Below are positions 24,586 to 34,338 of a stretch of DNA of 64,000 bases, piece after piece. This DNA comes from a candidate division WOR-3 bacterium (GTDB lineage Bacteria; Hydrothermota; 32-111): contig JBDRZU010000001.1 in assembly GCA_039804105.1 (NCBI GenBank), positions 1,312,001-1,376,000 on the forward strand. Direction: 5' to 3'. How positions within the stretch are numbered: the first letter of the stretch is position 1; each line of letters starts with the position of its first letter. The translations under genes and the position numbers were made by a program. The notes under the pieces were generated by a model that saw only the letters and a list, made by a program, of their open reading frames with translations, searched no databases and was not told the origin of the DNA.

Positions 24586-24996
24586 CTATTCTATATTTAT
24601 CTTTTTAATCTTTTTGTAAACGAGGGGAATCTCAATTCTTAAAAATCCGTTGTTGTATTCTACTTCCATGTTATCGATGTCACTGTTTGAGGGAATTTTA
24701 AACCTTCTCTCAAATGGCCCATACTCTATTTCCATGTGGTAATAACAGATGTCATTTTCTATAAAAGATTTTCTTTTCTTCTCACCTTTTAAAATTAAAA
24801 TATCGTCACTTACCGTAAGAGAAATATCTTTCTTTTCTACACCTGGTATTTCGACAACTATTATAAATCTGTCTTTCACCTCATATATGTCCGCTGGTGG
24901 TATAAGATGAGTCCTTCTGTAAGAAACAACCCTTGAAAATCCAAAAAAATCGTCTATTAAACTATCCAATTTTTCATTGAAAGGATCATCCTTCAT
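24586..24996 (-). CDS. Hsp20/alpha-crystallin small heat shock protein
   Basis: PADIYE, EIPGV, YGPFERRF, NGFLRIEIP; directly upstream of lon. Confidence 0.92.
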   Translation of the reverse strand: MKDDPFNEKLDSLIDDFFGFSRVVSYRRTHLIPPADIYEVKDRFIIVVEIPGVEKKDISLTVSDDILILKGEKKRKSFIENDICYYHMEIEYGPFERRFKIPSNSDIDNMEVEYNNGFLRIEIPLVYKKIKKINIE

Positions 24997-25005
24997 CTAA
25001 CCTCC

Positions 25006-26031
25006 TTATTTTCTTATAAGAGAAACATTTCCTCTGCCTGATACTATATTTCCAATCTTTCTATATTCTATTTTAATTTTTTTGAAGAAATTTTCAACAT
25101 CCAAAACGTCTTTTTTGTCAACTATCAAAACGATCCCGATACCCATATTGAAAACTCTGTATGCTTCTTCAAATTCTACATTTCCAAGTTCACAAAAATT
25201 TTTAAATAGGTCTGGAACTTCCCATGAAGAGGTATCTATAAGAGCATCAACTTTATCGGGAAGAATCCTTTTAATGTTATCCTTAAAACCACCGCCTGTA
25301 ATGTGGGCTATTCCTTTTACTTTCTTATGCTCAATTAAAGGATAAACTTCTTTGAAGTACGATCTATGTGGTTTTAAGAGTTCTCTGTATAAAGGTTCTT
25401 TTGAGTTATTAAGAGATTTTTTTAAATCTAAATTTTTTTCCTTTATTATTCTTCTTATCAACGAGTAACCATTGGTATGAAACCCGTTTGAAAAAAGTCC
25501 AAAAATCTGATCACCGGTTTTTATCTTTTTTCCTGTTATGAGTTTATCTTTTTCACATATTCCAACTATGAATCCAACGATATCATAATGTGTGAAATTG
25601 TAAACATCTGACATCTCTGCTAATTCCCCTCCAACAAGAGAAAGAGAATTTTTTTTGCAGGCATTGACCATTGAAGTAATTATCCTGTTTACAATTTTTC
25701 TATCGAGTTTTCCCATTCCAATGTAATCAAGAAAATACAAAGGTTTTGCTCCAACAGCGAGGATATCATTTACAGAGTGGTTGACTATATCCTCTCCAAG
25801 GTTATCAAAAAAGTTTACCTGTTCTGCTATTAGAACTTTTGTTCCAACACCGTCACATGATGATATTAAAACCGGGTTTTTGTAACCTAAAAATTTCCCA
25901 GAGTACATACTTCCAAAAGTTCCAATATCTGAAAGAACATTTTTGGAGTAGGTTGATTTTACAAGGTCTTTTATATCCTTTACAGTTTCGTTTGCCTGAT
26001 TGATGTTAACACCAGAATCTTTATACTTCAT
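25006..26031 (-). CDS. purM: Phosphoribosylformylglycinamidine cyclo-ligase
   Basis: YKDSGV, DGVGTK, GGELAEM, HTNGYSL, HITGGG, FNMGIG. Confidence 0.97.
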   Translation of the reverse strand: MKYKDSGVNINQANETVKDIKDLVKSTYSKNVLSDIGTFGSMYSGKFLGYKNPVLISSCDGVGTKVLIAEQVNFFDNLGEDIVNHSVNDILAVGAKPLYFLDYIGMGKLDRKIVNRIITSMVNACKKNSLSLVGGELAEMSDVYNFTHYDIVGFIVGICEKDKLITGKKIKTGDQIFGLFSNGFHTNGYSLIRRIIKEKNLDLKKSLNNSKEPLYRELLKPHRSYFKEVYPLIEHKKVKGIAHITGGGFKDNIKRILPDKVDALIDTSSWEVPDLFKNFCELGNVEFEEAYRVFNMGIGIVLIVDKKDVLDVENFFKKIKIEYRKIGNIVSGRGNVSLIRK

Positions 26032-27646
26032 CTTTATACATCCTTTCTTTGATTGTTATTCCCATAAGGGATAAACCTATTTTTATTATTTCTCTTGCTG
26101 CATATAGTACTGATATTTTTTTTAACATTTCTTTTTTATCGTTAATATCGATGATCCTGTAGTCATGATAAAACTGGTGAACCAGAGAAGAAAGTTCTAT
26201 AAGATAATTTGGAATTTTTTGCAACTCATAAGAAAAAGCGGTATTGTAAACAACGAAAGGAAACTCTAAAAGTTTTTTTGCAATATCTCTTAAATTTTTA
26301 TTCTCAAAATTTTCAAAATTGAAAACTATTTCATTTTCATTTAAATTTGCCTTATCAAAAAGGGATGATAACCTTGCATAACAGTATTGAACATAATATA
26401 CAGGATTGTCCATACTTTTTTCTTTTGCCTTTTCTATATCAAAGTTGAAGGGCTGGGATAGTTTTCTTGAAAGGATCATAAATTTTAAAACATCGGTATC
26501 TATTTCTTCTGACAGTTCATCTAATGTTATAAATTCACCTGTTCTTTTTGACATCTCATACTTTTTTCCATCTTTGAATATAGTAACGAGTTGTGCTATT
26601 ATAACATCAAATTCAACTCTTCGGTCTGAAACCATGTTGATTGCTGATTTCAATCTTGGAACATATCCATGATGATCGGGTCCAAGTATATCTATGATTT
26701 TATAAAAACCCCTTTCAATTTTATAAAAATGGTAAGCAATATCTGGTAGGAAATAAGTGAACTCTCCATCAGATTTTACGATCACTCTATCCTTATCATC
26801 TCCAAAAATTGTTGTTTTTAGGTATAGCGCTTTATCTTTAGTGTATGTATAACCTTTTTCTGATAATCTTTCTAAAACTTTTTCTAAATATCTTTTTCTA
26901 ATATCCGACTCATACACCCAATTATCAAATTCTATGGAATACTTTTCAAGAGAATCTTTTTGCCAGTTCAATATGAACTCTTTTCCAAAATCTGAAGCGA
27001 TTTTTATATTTTCATCGTTGAAATCAAGTTCACCAATCTTTTGCTTGAGTTTTTCTGATATATCCCTTATGTAGTTTCCTCTGTATCCATTTTCAGGAAA
27101 GATTTCAGGTTTATTTTTAGAAATATGATAAAGTATCGAAGCACCCAGATTGTATATCTGGTTACCGGCGTCGTTTATATAATTTTCCTTTTCAACATCG
27201 TACCCGGTGTATTTTAGCACATTCGAAAGCATGTTGCCAGCAACCCCAGCTCTTAGATTTACAAGAACAAGTGGACCTGTGGGATTTGCACTTATAAATT
27301 CTATGTTGACCTTTTTGTTATTCTGTTCTTTTTTACCATAGAATTTCTCGGTTACAATTGTTTTACATTCCTGGAAAATTTCTTTGTCATTGAAAAATAT
27401 ATTTATAAAACCTGGAGAAACTATTTCAGTTTTATAGTTGTGTTCTTTTTCAAGTTTTTCTGAAATAATTTTAGATATTTCCAAAGGATTTTTTTTGACC
27501 TTTTTTGATAGTTGAAAAGAAATATTTGTTGAAACATCACCAAAATCTGTAAAGGATACCAACTCATAATCTTTAAAAGAAAATTCTACGGAAAATTCAT
27601 TCTCAACTATTTTTTTTAGATTATCAAGAAAAGTTTTAACCAGCAT
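26021..27646 (-). CDS. argS: Arginine-tRNA ligase
   Basis: EFISANPTGPL, GDDKDR, DIAYH, GPDHHGY, MSKR, NPVYYVQY; the HIGH motif is atypical. Confidence 0.95.
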   Translation of the reverse strand: MLVKTFLDNLKKIVENEFSVEFSFKDYELVSFTDFGDVSTNISFQLSKKVKKNPLEISKIISEKLEKEHNYKTEIVSPGFINIFFNDKEIFQECKTIVTEKFYGKKEQNNKKVNIEFISANPTGPLVLVNLRAGVAGNMLSNVLKYTGYDVEKENYINDAGNQIYNLGASILYHISKNKPEIFPENGYRGNYIRDISEKLKQKIGELDFNDENIKIASDFGKEFILNWQKDSLEKYSIEFDNWVYESDIRKRYLEKVLERLSEKGYTYTKDKALYLKTTIFGDDKDRVIVKSDGEFTYFLPDIAYHFYKIERGFYKIIDILGPDHHGYVPRLKSAINMVSDRRVEFDVIIAQLVTIFKDGKKYEMSKRTGEFITLDELSEEIDTDVLKFMILSRKLSQPFNFDIEKAKEKSMDNPVYYVQYCYARLSSLFDKANLNENEIVFNFENFENKNLRDIAKKLLEFPFVVYNTAFSYELQKIPNYLIELSSLVHQFYHDYRIIDINDKKEMLKKISVLYAAREIIKIGLSLMGITIKERMYKDEV

Positions 27647-27983
27647 TATCTTCACCTATATGTGTAATTTTTCCATCAGCCCATAGGGATTCAAGAGAGT
27701 ATCTATCTCTTTCTTCCTGTTGAAAAATATGAACAACAACATCTCCATAATCCATAAGTATCCACACACCTGCACTCTCACCTTCAATGTTTACATTTTT
27801 ATAAAGTTTTTTTAGTTTTCGATAAATGTTATCTTTGATAGCGTTTGTTTGAACTGAAGAGATACCGGTTGTTATTATGAAATAATCTGTAAAAGTTGAG
27901 ATCTCTGACAAATCGATTACAACAGTGTTTAATCCCTTTTTCTCAAGTATAGCATCAACGATCATTTTTACCTTTTTTTCCAA
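27636..27983 (-). CDS. rsfS: Ribosome silencing factor
   Basis: EKKG...DYFII, WILMDYGDVVVHIF, YSLESLW. Confidence 0.95.
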   Translation of the reverse strand: MEKKVKMIVDAILEKKGLNTVVIDLSEISTFTDYFIITTGISSVQTNAIKDNIYRKLKKLYKNVNIEGESAGVWILMDYGDVVVHIFQQEERDRYSLESLWADGKITHIGEDNAG

Positions 27984-28365
27984 AAAAACTCCTTTTTAAT
28001 ATGTTTTCATAATCTTTTCCAATTATTATTGTAACATCTATATTGAATGTTGAATCAACAAAAGAAAAAATATTTTTACATTTGAAGAGCTGAGCAATAT
28101 TTTTTGCATATTTCATATTTTTATTTTTTCTATCAACTATACATGTATTATCTAAATCTTCATTTTCTATCATTTCAATAGAAAAAACCTCGTAATTTTT
28201 TTTCTTTAAAATTTCTGCAAATTTATAACCAATATCTTTTTTGTCCGTGGTATTTAAAATCTCAACTTTAATTATATAGTTTTCTTTTTCAAATATCAAA
28301 AAATAAATTGAACATACTAACACAACAATGAGAGCAAAGACAGCAAATAGAAAAAATTTTTTCAT
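27955..28365 (-). CDS. Membrane-anchored LytR C-terminal domain protein
   Basis: N-terminal TM; VEILN...DVTIIIGKD. Confidence 0.75.
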   Translation of the reverse strand: MKKFFLFAVFALIVVLVCSIYFLIFEKENYIIKVEILNTTDKKDIGYKFAEILKKKNYEVFSIEMIENEDLDNTCIVDRKNKNMKYAKNIAQLFKCKNIFSFVDSTFNIDVTIIIGKDYENILKRSFFGKKGKNDR

Positions 28366-29321
28366 CCTTTTAAATTTGAAAATGGCGGAACGAATTGATC
28401 TTCTTTTGTTTCGTAGTTTTCAAGTACTGAAAAGGATGAAATTCTTGTTCCTTTTCTTATTATGGATTTCCCCTTAATCACAACGTATGGTTCTATTGTC
28501 ACATCGTTTTCAAGAACAACATCATATTCGATGTAACATGTTTGTGGAGATTTTATCGTTACTCCATTTTTTAATACAGAAAAAACTTTTTTGTTTAAAA
28601 GAATGGTTTCAATATGTGATAACTGTTCCCTATCATTTATTCCGGATACCTCTAAAATGTTTTCCAATTTTATAGTTTCTATTTTTGATCTTTCTTTTGA
28701 ACCGATCTTTATAAGATCGGTTAAATAGTACTCCTTTTGACTATTATCATTGGAAAGTTTTTTTAGATAATTTTTTAGAAATTTGTATCTAAAAACATAT
28801 ACTCCAGAATTAACTTCTTTTATCTTTTTCTGTCTTTGATTGCAGTCCTTATCTTCAACGATCATACTGATTTTTCGATTTTTTTCTCTTACAACTCTTC
28901 CATAACCTGTAGGATCTTCAAGTTCCATCGTTAGTAAAGTTATATCGTTTTTATCCTTAATATGTTTATCAATCATTCTGGATAAGGTTTCAGAGGTTAT
29001 AAGGGGAACATCCCCAGCAAGAACAACGATGTTAGAATTTTCGTCAAATTTTTCAAAAGCACACATAACAGCATGTCCGGTTCCGAGTTGTTCTTTCTGA
29101 TATGCTATTTCAACATTTTTGTCTTTTAAAAATTCAGTAACAAGTTCTGATCTGTTTCCAACAAGAACAATAACTTTATCATTTTTTATCTTTTCAACAG
29201 TTTCAAGAATATAACCTAAAATTGGTTTGCCAAGTAGATCAAAAAGAACTTTTGGCTTATCAGATTTCATTCTTTTTCCGAGTCCTGCTGCGAGTATCAG
29301 TATGTTGATTTTTTCATTCAT
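28362..29321 (-). CDS. glmU: GlmU N-terminal uridyltransferase (truncated; lacks acetyltransferase domain)
   Basis: LAAGLGKRMKS.PKV, QLGTGHA, GDVPLI, GYGR, EVNSG, EYYLTD, GINDR; only 319 aa. Confidence 0.85.
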   Translation of the reverse strand: MNEKINILILAAGLGKRMKSDKPKVLFDLLGKPILGYILETVEKIKNDKVIVLVGNRSELVTEFLKDKNVEIAYQKEQLGTGHAVMCAFEKFDENSNIVVLAGDVPLITSETLSRMIDKHIKDKNDITLLTMELEDPTGYGRVVREKNRKISMIVEDKDCNQRQKKIKEVNSGVYVFRYKFLKNYLKKLSNDNSQKEYYLTDLIKIGSKERSKIETIKLENILEVSGINDREQLSHIETILLNKKVFSVLKNGVTIKSPQTCYIEYDVVLENDVTIEPYVVIKGKSIIRKGTRISSFSVLENYETKEDQFVPPFSNLKG

Positions 29322-30160
29322 TTCAGTTTAACCCTTATGTTATCTATAAGTCGTGTTTTTCCAAAAAAAACTGCAAGAAATATTCTGCAAAATTTTGTAT
29401 TCTCTGTTACATCTTTCAAACCATCCTCATCGTATATTTCGATATAATCTATCCTGTCTGGTTTTTCATTTTCAATAAGTTTTTTAATTCGTTCTTTTGC
29501 TTTTTTAATATCTCTTTCTTTTTCTAAAATTTCTTTTCCTGCTATTAAGGATTTAAAAAGAATCGTAGCTTTTTTTCTCTCATCTTCTGAAAGATAGGAG
29601 TTTCTTGAACTCATTGCAAGACCATCTTTTTCTCTTACTATCGGGCAAGGAATAACTTTTAAATTAAAGTTTAGATCTTCTACCATCTTTTTTATTATGA
29701 GATACTGCTGGAAATCTTTCTCTCCAAAATATGCTTTGTCAGGACAAACTATGTTGAAAAGTTTTGCCACAACGGTTAAAACTCCTTCAAAATGTGTTGG
29801 TCTTGATATACCACACAATTTTTCTGAAAGTTCTTTTATTTTAACTGAAACGAGTTGATTATGATACATTTCATGATCCGATGGAAAAAATAGTATATCG
29901 CAACCATTCATCTTCAAGATTTTTTTATCCCTTTCGATATCTCTTGGATACCTACCATAATCTTCATTAACTCCAAACTGGAGGGGGTTTACATATATTG
30001 AGACGACAACGATGTCATTTTCCTTTTTTGCTTTTTTTACAAGTGAAATGTGTCCATCATGGAGATAACCCATAGTTGGAACAAAACCTATAGATTTCTG
30101 TTGTTCTCTAAAGTTTTTTAACTCTTTTTTTAATTGTGATATTTTAGAAAACACCTTCAT
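29318..30160 (-). CDS. panC: Pantoate-beta-alanine ligase
   Basis: PTMGYLHDGH, RPTHFEGV, GEKDFQQ, MSSRN, RLIDN. Confidence 0.97.
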   Translation of the reverse strand: MKVFSKISQLKKELKNFREQQKSIGFVPTMGYLHDGHISLVKKAKKENDIVVVSIYVNPLQFGVNEDYGRYPRDIERDKKILKMNGCDILFFPSDHEMYHNQLVSVKIKELSEKLCGISRPTHFEGVLTVVAKLFNIVCPDKAYFGEKDFQQYLIIKKMVEDLNFNLKVIPCPIVREKDGLAMSSRNSYLSEDERKKATILFKSLIAGKEILEKERDIKKAKERIKKLIENEKPDRIDYIEIYDEDGLKDVTENTKFCRIFLAVFFGKTRLIDNIRVKLK

Positions 30161-30798
30161 ACTGATATCGGCTTTAAAAATTTCAAACCTTTGAACGGTT
30201 TTTCGATTTCCTGAATGATTTGAGCGATAGATGCTTGATCTTTTGAGAGATCAACATCATCAACATTGACCATGAGCACCGGTGCATCCTTATACATCAT
30301 AAAGAAGTTAGAGTAATTTTTCGAGAGTTGATTTATGTAATCATAACTTATATCCTGTTCGAATGTTCTGTTTCTCTTCTTTATCCTTTCCATTATTGTT
30401 TCACATGATGCTTGAAGAAATATCACCAGGTCTGGTTTTGGAATTTCAGGTTCGATGAATTTTATTATGTGTTCATAAAGAATAAGTTCATTATCGTCAA
30501 GGTTTAAATTTGCGAAAATCCTGTCCTTTTCAAAGATATAATCACTTATCACCATATCGTAAAACATCCTTGTCTGTTTTAACTTTTGGAGTTGTTTGTA
30601 TCTTGCAAAAAGGAAATAGATCTGTGTCTGGAATGCATAATGTTTGACATTTTTATAAAAGTTTTCAAGAAACGGATTTTCTTCAACAGGTTCAAGTATT
30701 ATCTCAGCATTGTAATGCTTTGCCAACCTTGTTGCAAGAGTTGTTTTACCAACCCCTATTACACCCTCAACACTGATAAACTTGTAAGGGTTTGTCAA
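30157..30798 (-). CDS. Deoxynucleoside kinase
   Basis: EGVIGVGKTT, ENPFL, QIYFL, PDLVIFL. Confidence 0.92.
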   Translation of the reverse strand: MTNPYKFISVEGVIGVGKTTLATRLAKHYNAEIILEPVEENPFLENFYKNVKHYAFQTQIYFLFARYKQLQKLKQTRMFYDMVISDYIFEKDRIFANLNLDDNELILYEHIIKFIEPEIPKPDLVIFLQASCETIMERIKKRNRTFEQDISYDYINQLSKNYSNFFMMYKDAPVLMVNVDDVDLSKDQASIAQIIQEIEKPFKGLKFLKPISV

Positions 30799-31313
30799 AA
30801 TAAAACTCCTTTTAAACTTTTCATTTTATACTCTTCAACTCTCTTACTTTTATTAATCTTTTGAAAAACATCCTTCACTTTTAGATTAAACTTTGGCATC
30901 AAAAAATCAGGATCAATGTCCATCAAAAGTTTTATTATAAAATATCTATCCAAAATACTTTTGTGAGGTATTGTTAACTCCTCACTATCAATTATTATAT
31001 CATTATAGAACAATATATCAATATCAATTATTCTCGGTCCCTTTTTTATTTTTGAATCTCTTCTTCCTATAAGGTATTCTATCCTTTTTACAACCCTTAA
31101 CAGTTCTTCTGGTGAAAAATCGGTTGAAATTTTTAGTATTATGTTTAAAAAATCTTCCTGGTTTTCATAATCAACGGCTTCAGTGTTATATAATTTGGAA
31201 AAACCTGTTATTGTTATGTTGTTAAGTTTAATAAGTTTTATAGCATCTCTGATATTTTTTTCTCTATCACCTATATTTGACCCAAGACATAGAAAAATCA
31301 TATCTTTTTGCAT
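30795..31313 (-). CDS. folK: 2-amino-4-hydroxy-6-hydroxymethyldihydropteridine diphosphokinase
   Basis: LGSNIG, FLN, GPRIIDIDIL, LTIPH. Confidence 0.95.
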   Translation of the reverse strand: MQKDMIFLCLGSNIGDREKNIRDAIKLIKLNNITITGFSKLYNTEAVDYENQEDFLNIILKISTDFSPEELLRVVKRIEYLIGRRDSKIKKGPRIIDIDILFYNDIIIDSEELTIPHKSILDRYFIIKLLMDIDPDFLMPKFNLKVKDVFQKINKSKRVEEYKMKSLKGVLF

Positions 31314-31624
31314 TTTTCCATCTCCACATAAGAACAGTATTTCATTCTATAAGGTTTGTTTTTTTTAACGATCAACCTGAAAGAACTTTTATCTTTGAAA
31401 AATTTTTTCAACTCTTTCTCAAGAAATTCGAGCATTTCTTCAATAAGTGAAAATTTTTTATTTTTTAACAGGGTTTCAACAGTACTGTAAACTTCAAAAT
31501 AATCTATGAATTCTTTCTCTTCATATTCTAACAGAATATCGACAAGATTTTTTTTCTTTTTCTCAACTTCATAAACCCCAAGAAAAACGGGGAAATTTTT
31601 AATATAAAGTTTAACCTTATACAT
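31298..31624 (-). CDS. folB: Divergent dihydroneopterin aldolase-like protein
   Basis: LGVYEVE, IDY, FSLIE, IVKK pattern; immediately upstream of folK. Confidence 0.6.
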   Translation of the reverse strand: MYKVKLYIKNFPVFLGVYEVEKKKKNLVDILLEYEEKEFIDYFEVYSTVETLLKNKKFSLIEEMLEFLEKELKKFFKDKSSFRLIVKKNKPYRMKYCSYVEMEKCKKI

Positions 31625-33155
31625 ATTTACCTTCTATGATACCTATTGGAAGAATCATCTCTTCCATTGATATACCGCCGTGTTGAAAGGTATTGTAATA
31701 TTCTTTTTTGTATTGGTTTAATTTTGTTGAATAAACAAAGTATCCGTTTCCAAAAGTGATATACCATTTATCGTTTGGTTTCTGAACAGGTAATCCGAAT
31801 TCATCGGGTTTATCGATCACAAGCAGATCTTTGCTTTGAGGGGAGATCGATGAACCAAATTTATATTTTAAATTGATTGAAACATCTTTGCCGGTATTTA
31901 AAACGATAGGATCCTTTGCAACTATTGAACCATGATCTGAAGTGATGAAAATTGTGAATCCGTTGTCAACGCTTTTTTCTAAGAGTTCAAGGATTCCAGA
32001 AGTTTTTATCCATATACCCATCAAAAATAGAAGAGAACTCTCATCGGGAAGCATATCTTTTAGTATGTTTGATTCACTTCTTATATGTGTAAAGATGTCC
32101 ATAATGTTTATCACAAGAATATTTAGAGTGTTGTTTTTTAAATTTGAAAAATTTGAAATATATTTTGAAAGGTTTTCGTTTGTCGAAACTTTTGAGTAAT
32201 GAACATTGTCAAAACCATTCTTTTTTGCGAGGGATTTTAAAAACTCCTCCTCGTATTGGTTTTGGGATAGAGTATCCTCAAACTCCCATCTTTCTGGAAA
32301 GATCTTATAAATTTCAACTGGAAGAAAACCACTGAAAATGGAATTTCTGCTGAATGGTGTTGCTGTTGGAATGATTGAAAAATAATGATCGTTTACGATT
32401 CTGAAATATTCTGAAAGTGTTGACTCAAGAATAAGGTATTGATCGTATCTCATACAATCTATAAGAAGGAACAGAATTTTTTTGTTCTGTTTTAATACTG
32501 GAAAAACTTTATGCTCGAACAACCTGTGTGAAAAAGTTAAACTTTTATCTTTTAAAAAATTTGGATAGTTTTTACTTATAAATTTAGCAAAAACTTTGTT
32601 CATATTCTCTTTCGTTTGTTCATGTAAAGATAAAATCTCCTTTTTTAAAAATTCGTTTAAAACGATGTTCATCGAAGAAGAGATGCGATGGAGTTCGTAA
32701 AATGATTCCAAAGAGAGTTCTCCGTTTAAATAAATTTCAACTTTTTTTAAAAAGTTTGAGTATCTTTCTCCTATACTGTCAGAAATTATTTTTTTATTTT
32801 CGAGTATCCTTTTAATCGTTGTTAACAGTTGCATAGCGTTGATCGGTTTTATCAAATAATCGTTTATTTTTAATGATATCGCATTTTTTATTATATCTTT
32901 ATCATCAGCTTTTGTAACCATTATTACAGGAATGTTTGAAGAGTATTCCTTTAAAAGAGATAATGTTTCTATCCCATCAAGTCCAGGCATATACTGATCA
33001 AGGATTATCAAATCGAATGTTTCGTTTTTTACTCTTTCAAGTCCATCCTGTCCACTGGATGATGGTATCACCTCATAACCCTCATTTTCAAGAAATTTGG
33101 AAAGGGATTTGAGATTGTCGATCTGATCATCTATCCATAAAATTCTTTTTTTCAT
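31617..33155 (-). CDS. porX: PorX-type response regulator (REC + PglZ alkaline-phosphatase-superfamily domain)
   Basis: ILWIDD, LDQYMPG, YLIKP receiver motifs; DCMRYD, PTATPFSR, DIFTH, TSDHG, FQHGG. Confidence 0.9.
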   Translation of the reverse strand: MKKRILWIDDQIDNLKSLSKFLENEGYEVIPSSSGQDGLERVKNETFDLIILDQYMPGLDGIETLSLLKEYSSNIPVIMVTKADDKDIIKNAISLKINDYLIKPINAMQLLTTIKRILENKKIISDSIGERYSNFLKKVEIYLNGELSLESFYELHRISSSMNIVLNEFLKKEILSLHEQTKENMNKVFAKFISKNYPNFLKDKSLTFSHRLFEHKVFPVLKQNKKILFLLIDCMRYDQYLILESTLSEYFRIVNDHYFSIIPTATPFSRNSIFSGFLPVEIYKIFPERWEFEDTLSQNQYEEEFLKSLAKKNGFDNVHYSKVSTNENLSKYISNFSNLKNNTLNILVINIMDIFTHIRSESNILKDMLPDESSLLFLMGIWIKTSGILELLEKSVDNGFTIFITSDHGSIVAKDPIVLNTGKDVSINLKYKFGSSISPQSKDLLVIDKPDEFGLPVQKPNDKWYITFGNGYFVYSTKLNQYKKEYYNTFQHGGISMEEMILPIGIIEGKYV

Positions 33156-34338
33156 CTTTATCAAGGATTATTAAAAAAGTTGTTCCATCGTTAACCACGG
33201 TTCTCTCAAGTATCAGTTTTCCTTTATGGAAATCTTCAATGATTTTTTTTGCGAGAGGCAAACCAAGTCCCCAGCCAAACTTTTTGGTCGTGAATCCAAT
33301 TTTAAAAATGTTTTCAATGTTTTTCCTTTCGATACCAACACCATTATCCGATATTCTGATAAGAACTCTGTTATTTTCATTTTTTGTTTCTATTTTTATT
33401 TTCCCGTCAGAGATGTTTTTTAAGGAATCTATGCTGTTTTTGATCAAATTCTCCAAAGCCCATTTGAAAAGTTCTTTATCAACCATGATATGTTCGTCAC
33501 TGTCCAGTTGTGTTTCAATCGAAATTTTGTTTTTTCCAATTGTTGGAACTCTTTTTTTGAAATAGGATGAAACATCATCTATGATTTCTTTTAAACTTGT
33601 CACCTCAAAAGCAGGATTTGAGCCGATTTTGTTAAACCTGTTTGATACGGTTTCAAGACGGGAACAGTCCTCTTCAATTCCATCAACAATATTTTTATCG
33701 ATAGTTTGTTTTTCTTTCAGCATATATATCCATGTTTTCAATGATGTTAGGGGAGTTCCGATCTGGTGAGCTGTTTCTTTTGCCATTCCTGCCCATATTA
33801 TGTTGTCCTCGCTCTTTCTATATAATAGAAAAGCATAAATTCCTATCAGCAGAAAAATAGAGGAAACTATTACCTGAAAAAATGGAGCAAACTGAAGTTT
33901 TTTGTATAGTGGATCTTCTCCCATATGGATGACCGCAAGCACTTTTGAATTGTATATAAGTTTTATAGGTCTTTTCTCACCATCAAGTTTTTCGACTATT
34001 TTTTTTAAATCAGCAAGGTATTTAGGGTTATTTTCAATCTCAAAAACAGTATCAAGATAACCAACATTTCTCCAGGAAATCGGATAGCCGGATGTGTCAG
34101 TTAAAACTATTGGAAAGGAAATATTTTTTATGATTTCCTCAAAAATTATTTCTTCGATTTTCGAGGTTTGATTCTCAGTAATTCCTGTTGCGTATCTTGC
34201 AAAGATTCTTGATTGCATCAAGGATTTTTCTTCAAGTTTAAACACTATATCTTGAATGAATAAAAAAGAGGCTAAAGAAACGACTATCAGGGCAACAAAA
34301 AAATATGATTTGAAGAAGAATGGGTTTTTGTTCATCAC
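33127..34338 (-). CDS. Membrane sensor histidine kinase
   Basis: Two TMs; H-box ETAHQIGTPL, ENLIKNS, DNGVG, FTTK, GWGLGL. Confidence 0.93.
   Translation of the reverse strand: MMNKNPFFFKSYFFVALIVVSLASFLFIQDIVFKLEEKSLMQSRIFARYATGITENQTSKIEEIIFEEIIKNISFPIVLTDTSGYPISWRNVGYLDTVFEIENNPKYLADLKKIVEKLDGEKRPIKLIYNSKVLAVIHMGEDPLYKKLQFAPFFQVIVSSIFLLIGIYAFLLYRKSEDNIIWAGMAKETAHQIGTPLTSLKTWIYMLKEKQTIDKNIVDGIEEDCSRLETVSNRFNKIGSNPAFEVTSLKEIIDDVSSYFKKRVPTIGKNKISIETQLDSDEHIMVDKELFKWALENLIKNSIDSLKNISDGKIKIETKNENNRVLIRISDNGVGIERKNIENIFKIGFTTKKFGWGLGLPLAKKIIEDFHKGKLILERTVVNDGTTFLIILDKDEKKNFMDR

Noticed and set aside
31617..33155. PglZ domain as a BREX defence system
   Set aside because: It is fused to a receiver domain in the PorX architecture, with no brxC, pglX or brxA. 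The Lon in this window is canonical, not BrxL.
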